From Alphaproteobacteria bacterium (GTDB lineage Bacteria > Pseudomonadota > Alphaproteobacteria > JANQMY01): a stretch of DNA of 64,000 bases. Shown piece after piece: positions 1 through 8,510 of this stretch. The DNA lies in NCBI GenBank assembly GCA_965227095.1, contig CBDDFL010000001.1, positions 3,039 to 67,038 of the forward strand, read 5' to 3'. Made by a program: the position numbers and the translations under genes. How positions within the stretch are numbered: the stretch's first letter is position 1; each line of letters starts with the position of its first letter. The notes under the pieces were generated by a model, which saw only the letters and a list, made by a program, of their open reading frames with translations, had not been told where the DNA came from and ran no database searches.

Positions 1-3
1 CCA

Positions 4-1560
4 CTAAACTTCCATTTCCTCAAACACGTTGTCCCACTTCACGTCGTAGACCTTCTTCTGGTTCATTTCTCGCGATGCCAAGCTTGCCGCCATGGCTAAA
101 GCGACCATGCCGTCTATCCGGCCACGGCTTTTCTTTTTTGTGAGCTTTCGGTTTCCCGCTGGGTCTGTTTCAACCACTGCGTTCCGCGCGCACATTTCTA
201 AAACGAGGTGATTGCCGTGCCGCACCTTCTCGTTAAGAAGCATGGACTCCAACTCTCGTAGAGCCGGCGACATGGACACAAAGCCCTGTCCGAACTCTTC
301 GAACCTGTCATCAATGAACGACTCTGTCAGGCCAGCTTCGACAAGCCAGGACCGAAGGTGCTTCATGTTGTACCTGTCGAAGGCAACCTTCCGGATATCG
401 TATTCCTGAAAGGCCTCTGCGATCACGCCGGCCACGTACTTGTACTCAATTGACCTGCCGGGCGTGCCCTGGATAAAGCCTTTCTTCTCCCAAACGTCGT
501 AGGGAACATGATCCTTACGGGACCGCTCTACCAACCCTTCCTTTGGGAGCCAAAAAATAGGCCGGACATGCAAGAGGCCATCAACTGGGCTAGCCATCAC
601 GAACGCCGTGAGGTCATTCGTTTCAGACAAGTCAAGGCCCGCATATACCGGCCCCAGCTTAGACGGCGAACCCCCGTTTGCCTTCCAAACTGATTTCGTA
701 ACGAACGGGCTGGATGCCTCTACCCGTTGGTTCAAAGTGTAGTTTCGATAAAGCGGCTCTTGAGCCGGTAGGCGCCTGGCGTTATCTGCCTGCTTCCTCA
801 ACTCTTTCATGTTGAGAAAATCGCCCGCTGCAGGATTGGCCTGTTTGATGGCTTCGTCCGAGAACGGATCTAAGTCTTCATCCGCCACATACAGAATGAC
901 AACTGTGTGCGGGTCGTCGCCTTCAAGGCCCTTATCAATTAGCTGACTCAGCAAATCGAAGTCTGTCGGCGCCTGTGTCGAAATAATGATCGACATGGGG
1001 TCTTCGTGAGCACCCATGGCGTTCTCAATCGCGTTGTATAATTCCGAAATCGGCCCCTGTACCTGGCCAAGTTCATCGTGAATGGCAAAAATCGGCGACT
1101 GGCCGTGCGCCGTATGTGCGTCGGCAGAGAGCGCCTTGTAAACCGTCCCTAGAGCCGGGCATACAAGCTGCTTCGCCGTATCGCGAACGTTAATGTATGC
1201 GTCCAGCTCCGGATTAAGCCGAACAATCTTCGCCGCGAGCTGGAAAACGACCGCAGCCTGCTCTTTGGATTGTGCCGTACTCGGAATTTGCGAATTGCGT
1301 TTCGCTTCCGGCCCCGCCACATGCAGGAGAATAAGAAACCCGCAGAGGCTGCTCTTCGCGTTCTTCTTCGCAAAGGAAATAATAGCCAGTCGCGTCCCGT
1401 ACGGGTTGTCGTAGATTTTTAAAAGAGCGTCTCTTTGAAAATCTCGAAGCTTGACGCGTTTTCCGACGTCTTTGCCTTCAGGGACCCTACAATAGTACTC
1501 GATCCAGCGAATATTGCGCTCACCGCGCGTTTCGCCGGGGACATGGGCTATCCAGCCCAA
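4..1560 (-). CDS. terL: Phage terminase large subunit
   Basis: 518-aa ORF with Terminase_1-like sequence (FQRDALLKIY, AIISFAKKNAKS, HDELGQ) and a nuclease-type C-terminal half. Overlaps the stop of the upstream small-terminase ORF. Confidence 0.9.
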   Translation of the reverse strand: MGWIAHVPGETRGERNIRWIEYYCRVPEGKDVGKRVKLRDFQRDALLKIYDNPYGTRLAIISFAKKNAKSSLCGFLILLHVAGPEAKRNSQIPSTAQSKEQAAVVFQLAAKIVRLNPELDAYINVRDTAKQLVCPALGTVYKALSADAHTAHGQSPIFAIHDELGQVQGPISELYNAIENAMGAHEDPMSIIISTQAPTDFDLLSQLIDKGLEGDDPHTVVILYVADEDLDPFSDEAIKQANPAAGDFLNMKELRKQADNARRLPAQEPLYRNYTLNQRVEASSPFVTKSVWKANGGSPSKLGPVYAGLDLSETNDLTAFVMASPVDGLLHVRPIFWLPKEGLVERSRKDHVPYDVWEKKGFIQGTPGRSIEYKYVAGVIAEAFQEYDIRKVAFDRYNMKHLRSWLVEAGLTESFIDDRFEEFGQGFVSMSPALRELESMLLNEKVRHGNHLVLEMCARNAVVETDPAGNRKLTKKKSRGRIDGMVALAMAASLASREMNQKKVYDVKWDNVFEEMEV

Positions 1561-1958
1561 GGCGGCTCGAATTGAGGAGGTTTAGAAGTCCGCTTATCGA
1601 CCGTCGCCTGTTGTGTAATGCGCAGTTTCGTCGATAAAGACGCAATGGCACGCGATTGCTCTTCCTCAGAACGAGATAAGTCGCGGAAAAGCTTCAAATC
1701 AAGCTCTTCAGCGGCCTTCACTGTCTCAATCAACTGGGCGAACTCACGTGCACGGACGATATGACGGCATAATTGAGCCAAAACAGGCCAAGTTTCACGC
1801 GGAAACCAGTCTGCACCCAGACTTTCGATAATTTTCCGCCATTCTTTGGCCTGCTCCGCCGTCAAATCCTCAGGAGGCTCTGGCGAAGGCATAGAAATCA
1901 CCTTCCCGGACTCGATAACCTCCAAGTCCGCCGACGATTTAGGCCCGCGTGCGCCCAT
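1548..1958 (-). CDS. terS: Phage terminase small subunit (P27-family-like)
   Basis: 136-aa ORF immediately upstream of and overlapping terL. Helical, acidic sequence resembling P27-family small terminases. Confidence 0.7.
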   Translation of the reverse strand: MGARGPKSSADLEVIESGKVISMPSPEPPEDLTAEQAKEWRKIIESLGADWFPRETWPVLAQLCRHIVRAREFAQLIETVKAAEELDLKLFRDLSRSEEEQSRAIASLSTKLRITQQATVDKRTSKPPQFEPPWAG

Positions 1959-2072
1959 TTTACAAAAATTCTCCGTTAAAACCGTTTTTAGGACGGTTAC
2001 TCACAAGGACCGCCCCACGCCGCTCGCCCCTTCGCTTGTGAGAGCTTTGAGGCCCCTCCCCCTACCCTTGTA

Positions 2073-2273
2073 CTAGGGAGAAAGAAGGGACTCTGTTGAG
2101 TCTCTGTGGGCTTTCCAGGCCTTGTCTATTGCCTCTTCAGACATACCCGGGAAAAAGACGTCAGCTATCGTTCTCGCTTGCATCTTCCATGACTGCTCTT
2201 CAGTAAGTGGTACAGGCTGAATGTTGTAGATGGCCTGAGCCAACTCATCGCCACTCATGCGCTCTTCACTCAT
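2073..2273 (-). CDS. Hypothetical phage protein
   Basis: 66-aa ORF co-oriented with the packaging genes. Overlaps the upstream ORF stop by 4 nt. Confidence 0.45.
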   Translation of the reverse strand: MSEERMSGDELAQAIYNIQPVPLTEEQSWKMQARTIADVFFPGMSEEAIDKAWKAHRDSTESLLSP

Positions 2274-2461
2274 CTACAAAACCCCACTGGCCTTGGTGTT
2301 GCTGTCTTTGTGATTGGGTTGCCGTGCTTGTCTATCAGCCCTGTGTCCATATGCTCGCTGTCGCCTGCGTCTACTTGGATAGTCTGCATTGCTTGTACCC
2401 ATGCTGGGACTGACCAGTCGTCGTAGTCTTCTGTGTCGGCAATATCAGACGTAATCTTCAC
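2270..2461 (-). CDS. Hypothetical phage protein
   Basis: 63-aa ORF packed between neighbouring minus-strand ORFs. Confidence 0.4.
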   Translation of the reverse strand: MKITSDIADTEDYDDWSVPAWVQAMQTIQVDAGDSEHMDTGLIDKHGNPITKTATPRPVGFCR

Positions 2462-2744
2462 ACCAATGATCCACTCTGCTTGAGGCTATATCAAACAAAT
2501 ACGCTGCCTGCTCATCTGTCATGTGCTCAGCCATTTCGGTGAACGGTATCGTTACTATTGGGCCGCCGTCCGGCTGCCGCCTCAACATAATCAACAGCGA
2601 CAGTCCATGCTCTGAATAGCCAATCTTCAGGCCTACCTTGTCATTCGTACCAAGGGTGGCTTGGATCAAGGGGGTTTCCATGTTCGTCACACCCTTTGAG
2701 GAAGCCTGCGCCACCGCGCTCTTGGCTTTGCTTGAACGAGTCAT
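2445..2744 (-). CDS. Hypothetical phage protein (start uncertain)
   Basis: 99-aa ORF. An internal Met at 2681 would shorten the overlap with the HNH gene. Confidence 0.4.
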   Translation of the reverse strand: MTRSSKAKSAVAQASSKGVTNMETPLIQATLGTNDKVGLKIGYSEHGLSLLIMLRRQPDGGPIVTIPFTEMAEHMTDEQAAYLFDIASSRVDHWCEDYV

Positions 2745-2964
2745 GACATGTCTTTGTCATCGATTGGAGGTTGTCCCAGTCCCAGAACAACGCTGGATCA
2801 CCCTTGTGCGGAATGATGTGATCCACAGTGTTGGCCTCAACAAACTTCCCTTTGTGATGAGGACATTCGCAATAAGGATCGACCGCGAGCTTCTTAGCTC
2901 TAAGCTTTTGCCACCGCTTTGTTTTGAATAGCTTGTGATAGGCTGGACGCTTGTTCGTAGCCAT
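2641..2964 (-). CDS. HNH endonuclease (terminase-associated type)
   Basis: 107 aa with CECPHHKG, VDHIIPHKGD and NLQSMTKTCHDSFK, an HNH/zinc motif pattern. Sits just upstream of terS as in HK97-like cos phages. Confidence 0.85.
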   Translation of the reverse strand: MATNKRPAYHKLFKTKRWQKLRAKKLAVDPYCECPHHKGKFVEANTVDHIIPHKGDPALFWDWDNLQSMTKTCHDSFKQSQERGGAGFLKGCDEHGNPLDPSHPWYE

Positions 2965-3078
2965 GAATCAAAAAGCCCGGCAGGGCTTCCCCAACCAGGC
3001 TATTCAGAATTTGCAGGATCGCACTATTTCGGACGCAGTTATCTATTTGCCTGAAGAGTACCATTTAACCGCCCCAAG

Positions 3079-3390
3079 TCAAGCGCTCCATGCTCTCTTT
3101 TGTGCGTTCACGAACCTTTTTCCGAATGGGCGAGGCTCAAGGACTGTCACTAAGTGTCCATTCTCAAATACATAGCCTGCTTTCTTCGTATAGAACTTGC
3201 AGCCTGTTGTTACTATTCGTAACCAACAGTGCTCAGGCGCCTGCCAACGCTTCAAATCATGTGTAATCAAGGGGCGCACGCGACGCGGCTTCACCTTCTC
3301 AATGCGTTGTATGTACCGATCAATCGCATGCTGAGTGAGCTTGAAGTTTCGAATGGCGTAGTCTTTAGTCTTCACACCCACCTCGCCCAC
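3079..3390 (-). CDS. Hypothetical phage protein
   Basis: 103-aa ORF in the minus-strand operon, overlapping the upstream ORF end. Confidence 0.45.
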   Translation of the reverse strand: MGEVGVKTKDYAIRNFKLTQHAIDRYIQRIEKVKPRRVRPLITHDLKRWQAPEHCWLRIVTTGCKFYTKKAGYVFENGHLVTVLEPRPFGKRFVNAQKRAWSA

Positions 3391-3965
3391 CGTGCATACA
3401 AATCCAGCCCGGATATAAGCCAGTCCTGCACCTTGTCTCTGCGGCAGTGATAGGTGTGGCGAAGCTCATCTGAGTTCTGACCGTCCACAATGACACCAAT
3501 GCACACGTCAATAATCGGCGGGCCGCCTAGTTTGTAGCGGTTAGACAGCTCATCCGTCCACGGCCTGTATCGGTTCACCACTGCGTCTGTTAGGCTTGCC
3601 GGCCAGTTCGGAGACGCGTGTGAGTGTCCAGTTCTCTCGTACTGCTGCGCTCGCGGAAGCAGCTCACCCGTGATGGCAATGTAGCACCGGCCTATTTCGT
3701 CAGCGGCGCGTATCTCTTCAGCGCCTATGCGGCCCTTTTCTTCTAGGTGTTCAATGAGGGACTTGCGAAACTTGCGCTTTGTCCCCTCTGTGTGTGCCTG
3801 CCGAACGGCGCGGCCTAGCTCTTTCTCCTTAGCCTCGTCGTTCAAATCACCGGCGTACTTCCTCGAGAGCGTTCTTTGTCTCAACCACTCACGGTGTTGA
3901 CGGTGCTTTGTTTCGGCCACCTTGTCTGTGGGGTGATAGTTTTCTTGGGGTGTCATATCACTCAC
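3372..3965 (-). CDS. Hypothetical phage protein
   Basis: 197-aa ORF with a GTG start at 3965 or ATG at 3956. No family recognised. Confidence 0.5.
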   Translation of the reverse strand: MSDMTPQENYHPTDKVAETKHRQHREWLRQRTLSRKYAGDLNDEAKEKELGRAVRQAHTEGTKRKFRKSLIEHLEEKGRIGAEEIRAADEIGRCYIAITGELLPRAQQYERTGHSHASPNWPASLTDAVVNRYRPWTDELSNRYKLGGPPIIDVCIGVIVDGQNSDELRHTYHCRRDKVQDWLISGLDLYARWARWV

Positions 3966-4319
3966 CTTGTTTCACGTGAAATCCGTTACCGTCGTTAACT
4001 TCGTAGGCCAACCAGCCGCCGCCAAACAAAGTCCGAATCCGCACATGGCCCGGAAGCTTCTGGCGTATCTTGTGCAACATGACGTCTATGTTCTTCATGG
4101 AGCAGCCTCCGTTTGGGTCTTGTCCGTATAGTGCCGCTCGAACGTATTCGCGTGTTGTGCGGCCTCTGCGCTTTATCAGTTGGAAGATCTGATTTTCCTT
4201 GTTCGTCAGTCCGTAGGGGTGCGGCTCCGTGGAAAAGTTGAGCAGCTCTTTCAGCTGTCTGTTTTCTTCTGTCAGCTCTTCGCAGCGCGCCCGTAGGCGT
4301 TGAAGTTCGTCTACCCCAT
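3958..4319 (-). pseudogene. Winged-helix (OmpR/PhoB C-terminal-like) DNA-binding protein with a coiled-coil N-terminus; start decoupled from the body by an apparent 1-nt indel
   Basis: A 127-codon open frame (4341 down to 3961) translates to VDELQRLRARCEELTEENRQLKELL...LTNKENQIFQLIKRRGRTTREYV...NIDVMLHKIRQKLPGHVRIRTLFGGGWLAYEV. It has no ATG, GTG or TTG near its 5-prime end. A strong GGAGGA-N7-ATG lies at 4319 but is one G out of frame (ATGGGGTAG). Confidence 0.5.
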
Positions 4320-5828
4320 ATCCAGTTCCTCCGGGATAACCTCAAATCGTCCGAGTTCTTTGTTAAATTGGAATTCTGCTTTACCGGGCACGCCGGCGAA
4401 ATCTTGAAAGCGCGATTTCTTTACATCCACCTCAGAGCGGGCGGACTGAATGTTTTCCCGCCACACCACAATGCCATGATCGCATTTGTTGTACCAATTG
4501 GCACTGCCCGAAATGTCGTAGAGGCTAGGCTTTGCAACGCCTTCCTTACCTCCCCCCATTTTGACGGGGTGGGCAACAACAATCGTTAGTACCTCATAGG
4601 ACATGGCGAAACGTTTCAGCTCACGTATTGCCCTGCTTACATATTCGGTTTCTGTTTCGTTTCGCCCGCGTCGGTGCTCAACCTCGTTCCATGGATCAAT
4701 GAGAAGAATATTCGTGCCGTGACGAATAACGGCGTCCGACGCTTTCTCAATCAACCACCCCAGATCGCCGTCCTCATCCAAATCTCGTGGATCCTGGTAG
4801 AGAAACGAGAATTTCTCGTCTATCCACGCGTCAGCGTCCGCCATTTTCTTCGGCGTGCCTTTAAGCTCATGTGCATTCAGGAAATACTTACGAAGCACCT
4901 TCCGCAAATCCCGAGATGGATTCATTTCAAACGACGCTATTGTCGCGTTCAACCCTTCGTTCATGACGAGGTTGCATATCAGCGCCATTGCCCAAGTTGA
5001 CTTCCCATGGTTTGGAATTCCCGTAACAACGGCGAACTCTCCGAGAAAGGGCCTGAAGTGCTCGTCTAAATCCGGCCAGCCGGTTGAGAATGTTTTTGCC
5101 TCTGGCACGTCTGGGAAGTCCGACATGCGATATAGGCCTTTGACTGGATAAGGTTTTGCAGCATTGAGCAGTCGAACTACTTCTTCCGGGCCGGCCTTCA
5201 TAAGGACGTCGTTCAAATCCTTCGCCCCTTCCGGATACTCAACAAACAAACACCGAACCGCCCCGAGGCGGCGCACCAACTCCGACGCTAACGCTCTGCC
5301 GGGGCCGTCATTGTCAACCGCCAGAATAATTCTCTTGATCCGGCTAAGCCTGTCCCAATTGTTCCAGACGAATTTGAACTTGTCGTCATGTTCCGGATCG
5401 ATCGGTTCATTTGAAGCCTGTGGAGGGGCGCCGTCCGGAACGGACACGGACAACGGAAAACCACATTCAATCGCCGAAAGCGCGTCCAATTCCCCCTCGG
5501 TTATCACCAGCCGCATGTCCCCCTCAAGCAAGGGATCTTGCAATGCGTCGACGTTCCAGAAAGTTTTCTTGGCGTCTTTGTCCTGCCAAAACTTCTTTCC
5601 GCTTCCGCGGTATTTGTTGTTCACCACCTCGCCGTCTTCGAAGAACGGGAACACAATCACCTCACCAATGTTGCTTTGCGGATTGCTGTAGATTCCGAAC
5701 CGAATGGCTGTTTCGGGATCGATTCCTCTGGTTTCGAAAAACCGCTGGGCTTTGGCGCTTAGGCTCATAGAACTGCCCTCCCCTGTGTCCGCAGTGGTGA
5801 CAAAACCAACGGACACCCTCGTCCCCAA
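4311..5828 (-). CDS. Phage DNA primase/helicase (Toprim plus DnaB/gp4-like helicase)
   Basis: Toprim motifs (ITEGELDALS, AVDNDGPG). Walker A VTGIPNHGKST and Walker B LLIDPWNE. The likely true N-terminus is in another frame (see 5662..5961). Confidence 0.85.
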   Translation of the reverse strand: MGTRVSVGFVTTADTGEGSSMSLSAKAQRFFETRGIDPETAIRFGIYSNPQSNIGEVIVFPFFEDGEVVNNKYRGSGKKFWQDKDAKKTFWNVDALQDPLLEGDMRLVITEGELDALSAIECGFPLSVSVPDGAPPQASNEPIDPEHDDKFKFVWNNWDRLSRIKRIILAVDNDGPGRALASELVRRLGAVRCLFVEYPEGAKDLNDVLMKAGPEEVVRLLNAAKPYPVKGLYRMSDFPDVPEAKTFSTGWPDLDEHFRPFLGEFAVVTGIPNHGKSTWAMALICNLVMNEGLNATIASFEMNPSRDLRKVLRKYFLNAHELKGTPKKMADADAWIDEKFSFLYQDPRDLDEDGDLGWLIEKASDAVIRHGTNILLIDPWNEVEHRRGRNETETEYVSRAIRELKRFAMSYEVLTIVVAHPVKMGGGKEGVAKPSLYDISGSANWYNKCDHGIVVWRENIQSARSEVDVKKSRFQDFAGVPGKAEFQFNKELGRFEVIPEELDMG

Positions 5829-5961
5829 TCGTCACCGACAGGCACCTTTCGCGCTTCTTTTTTCTGGTGTGTGAACATTGGGGGCATTGAGTTTTTCGTG
5901 TTCCTGGTGATGAGTTTACGGTTATGTGAGCTTCGGAAAGTATTTCTGCGGCTGTTTTCAT
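5662..5961 (-). CDS. Primase zinc-ribbon segment in a separate frame from the Toprim-helicase ORF
   Basis: CPQCSHTRKKKRERCLSVTIGDEGVRWFCHHCGH is a CxxC...CxxC primase-type zinc ribbon. After the zinc ribbon the ORF becomes low-complexity while overlapping the well-formed 5-prime end of 4311..5828. Confidence 0.6.
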   Translation of the reverse strand: MKTAAEILSEAHITVNSSPGTRKTQCPQCSHTRKKKRERCLSVTIGDEGVRWFCHHCGHRGGQFYEPKRQSPAVFRNQRNRSRNSHSVRNLQQSAKQHW

Positions 5962-6732
5962 TTAGCCCGGCCCGTACCAGGGAACTTCTTCCCCGCCTTG
6001 AATGACGAATTCTCGCCCGTTCGCGCGCCGGTAAATTTTCTTGCCAAATTCCATGCGGTACGGCCTATCGGCCTCGCGTTTCTCAGCCGCATATCTGTCG
6101 TTTCGTTTCTTAAGCATGGCCAGCGCCGGCCAAAAGGCGTTGCCGGTGTATTTCTCTGGGTTTTGCGAAATGTGATAGTCAATTCGCCCAAGCTCCAGCT
6201 CCAAATCTGGAATGTCTGGACACTGAGCTTGCCACTTGTCGAAGTCTTTCTGGTTGAGGCGCAGCCTATCCCCTTGGAACCGGTACTTTGGCAATTCCAA
6301 AATTTCTGCAGGTGGGGGCGCAGCCCCTCCTTCTATTTCTTCTTCTTTCCTTCTTCCCTTCTTATGTATTGTCTCGCTGCTGTCTCGCTCGCGTCTCGGT
6401 TTTGATTCATCAGGTGTTGCGCCCTCTTTGTCTCGAGACTGATATTTGTCGTAATTACAAATGGTTATGACGGTCTGGCCTGTCTCGCTAGCTGTCTCGA
6501 TCATGTCTTGGTTTTTGAGCACAAAAATGAAGCGAGACACCTTACTTTTGTCCCATTTCCACACCCCTGCCATGTGCCGAATGGAGTGCGAAAGCTGCCC
6601 TCTTTTCAGCCGAGAACCGTCTTTCCAGTTGGCCTCCTCGATCAACCACAGCCATGCTTCGTTCTTAGAAAACGGCTCTCGATTCCAGGGAGTCTTATCG
6701 CGCCAACCGCGTGTGACTTTGACGTACCCCAT
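5962..6732 (-). CDS. Putative replication/origin-binding protein (N-terminal winged-helix, DnaD/phage-replication-like)
   Basis: 256 aa directly upstream of the primase-helicase. The N-terminal segment NEAWLWLIEEANWKDG...GQLSHSIRHMAGVWKWDKSKVSRFI resembles phage replication-organiser N-domains. Confidence 0.4.
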   Translation of the reverse strand: MGYVKVTRGWRDKTPWNREPFSKNEAWLWLIEEANWKDGSRLKRGQLSHSIRHMAGVWKWDKSKVSRFIFVLKNQDMIETASETGQTVITICNYDKYQSRDKEGATPDESKPRRERDSSETIHKKGRRKEEEIEGGAAPPPAEILELPKYRFQGDRLRLNQKDFDKWQAQCPDIPDLELELGRIDYHISQNPEKYTGNAFWPALAMLKKRNDRYAAEKREADRPYRMEFGKKIYRRANGREFVIQGGEEVPWYGPG

Positions 6733-7052
6733 CAGTCGGCCTCCCTGTGGGCTTGTAGGCGAGCGTAGGCAACATCGAACTCACTGGCTTGTATGTCCTC
6801 GCCTTCCCCACGAGAACGGGCGTGAGCGAAAGCTGTGGCGGCGTCTAGGAACTGGTTTGATAAACGGCGTATCTCACGGCGACGCGCACTCAGCTCTCGA
6901 TTGAACGTTGCGCCAATGCGATAAGAGCGTCCGGAAACCGCCGAGCGTGTCTTCCCCAGCTCTTGGGCAACGTCCGCCATAGAGTAACCCTGCCGAGCGC
7001 GCCGGCGGATTATCTCGTCCTGTTCTTCGGTCCATGTATCTTGTCTGGCCAT
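6732..7052 (-). CDS. GcrA-like / Myb-like HTH protein
   Basis: N-terminus WTEEQDEIIRRRARQGYSMADVAQELGKTRSAVSGRSYRIG follows the W-T-x-E...G-x-S...IA..LG..SRNAV.GK.HRLG pattern of GcrA N-domains. Confidence 0.5.
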   Translation of the reverse strand: MARQDTWTEEQDEIIRRRARQGYSMADVAQELGKTRSAVSGRSYRIGATFNRELSARRREIRRLSNQFLDAATAFAHARSRGEGEDIQASEFDVAYARLQAHREAD

Positions 7053-7167
7053 GTGGGGGCTCCGTATAAGTGTGCCGCTGTTTTGACCTCATCAGGAGAT
7101 GCGGGAGGCGAGGTCTGGGCTGAAACGCTTAGGGCAGCGTGTCGCGGCGCTCCCGGGGTTAGTTTGT

Positions 7168-7587
7168 CTACGAATTTACCGCCTTCAGTTGTTTGTTTTT
7201 GGCCCAAACGGCCCACGACTTCATTCGGTCTTTCACATCATCAATTGAGCCGTCTATCCATTTTGTTTGCCTTCCGTTTGAGAAAAGGCTGTATCGAGTT
7301 GCCGTCATGTGTTCTGGATCGCCCTCAACTACCATCACAATGCAGTCTGGATTTTGGGTTAGGCGCTGGTAAAGAATTTTTTGGCCCGTCGGAAGCCCAC
7401 CTCCTGATTTCCATTCAAGAAAAAGAAAGCTCGAATTGATTTCCACCAGCCCGTCTACGTCGCCAAAGTTGATGAGCCCCGGAAAACACTGCGCGAATTG
7501 CTCTATCTTCGGGCGCCGCTTGATATTGAAGCAGCCGTTTTTCTCACACTTCCAACGAAGGGGGTTAAAGCCAGCTACATTCGACAC
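7168..7587 (-). CDS. Hypothetical protein, possible PD-(D/E)xK (VRR-NUC-like) nuclease
   Basis: 139 aa. The motif GDVDGLVEINSSFLFLEWKSGGGLPTGQ fits a D...ExK nuclease core. Confidence 0.35.
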   Translation of the reverse strand: MSNVAGFNPLRWKCEKNGCFNIKRRPKIEQFAQCFPGLINFGDVDGLVEINSSFLFLEWKSGGGLPTGQKILYQRLTQNPDCIVMVVEGDPEHMTATRYSLFSNGRQTKWIDGSIDDVKDRMKSWAVWAKNKQLKAVNS

Positions 7588-8498
7588 AACACCGCCCCGT
7601 GTTTTGAGAAGTGTTGCGCAAAGCGAAGTGCATCACTACCGAAGTAACAAAACACCTGCCCTTGTGTTGGCGAGGCAAGCTCACCATTCTGGTTTATGAA
7701 TCGAATCCGGCCTCGCTTGAAACAAAACGCATTCGCGTGCCCCGCAAGAATGTGAAACCAATTAGTGTCTGTGTAATTGTGCGTTAGCGTGATGGCAGCG
7801 CTCACGGCGCCGTTAGTAAGCTCGTTGGTAAGTTTTTCGCAGAACTGGGAGATTAACGGCTGTGAATACGGAGGGTTCAACCAAAGGCGCCCCGACCAAA
7901 CCTTTTCCAACCCATTGTCGTCTTCCGTGAAAAACGTTTGTGCCCGCACGGTTTCTTGCGCCAACGCGTTGCTGGCAGGGTCTAAGTCGATATCGCCAAG
8001 TACTTCGCGCGCTGACTCGATGTATTCAGGCGGCGTGTACCACTCGTTAAGGCCCGTACCATTGGTGCGGTGGTGAAAAACCGCGACGTTGATTTCGTTC
8101 TTGGAAGGCGCGCGGCCTTCATCTAGTGCGCGCTGAATGGTGCTTTCGACAACGTCTTCGCCTGCGTCGCGAATTTGGCGCCACTCCGATAGGCGGCGTT
8201 TGTCAACACCAACCTCTTCCAAATTTGCGCGGTCCGAACTTTGGACCCCAGCATGCGCACCTTGAATGTGACCTTCTTCCTGCCCCCTATCAATCTCATC
8301 CGCCATCCGCATTTCGGCGCGAACAATCATGCGGAGGCAATCAGCTTGGGTTTCATTTGCAGCCTTGGTGATTTTTGCGTAGTGCAAAGCAGACTGTGCA
8401 ACAGCACGCGCCTCCAACACCTCGGCGCTATTGCGCGCTTCAGAGAGACGGGTTGACGCTCTATCGATAAGGGCTGGAAGTTGCACTGCCTCGTTCAT
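7575..8498 (-). CDS. Phage DNA N6-adenine methyltransferase (Dam-type)
   Basis: EWYTPPEYIESAREVLGDIDLDPAS followed by LWLNPPYS (NPPY catalytic motif), typical of the phage Dam family. Confidence 0.8.
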   Translation of the reverse strand: MNEAVQLPALIDRASTRLSEARNSAEVLEARAVAQSALHYAKITKAANETQADCLRMIVRAEMRMADEIDRGQEEGHIQGAHAGVQSSDRANLEEVGVDKRRLSEWRQIRDAGEDVVESTIQRALDEGRAPSKNEINVAVFHHRTNGTGLNEWYTPPEYIESAREVLGDIDLDPASNALAQETVRAQTFFTEDDNGLEKVWSGRLWLNPPYSQPLISQFCEKLTNELTNGAVSAAITLTHNYTDTNWFHILAGHANAFCFKRGRIRFINQNGELASPTQGQVFCYFGSDALRFAQHFSKHGAVLCRM

Positions 8499-8510
8499 TC
8501 GTCTTCAGCC

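Noticed and set aside
3995-4345. 116-aa Arg-rich ORF listed in the track
   Set aside because: It overlaps a far more protein-like frame encoding a winged-helix domain. Its composition and TTG start suggest a shadow ORF.
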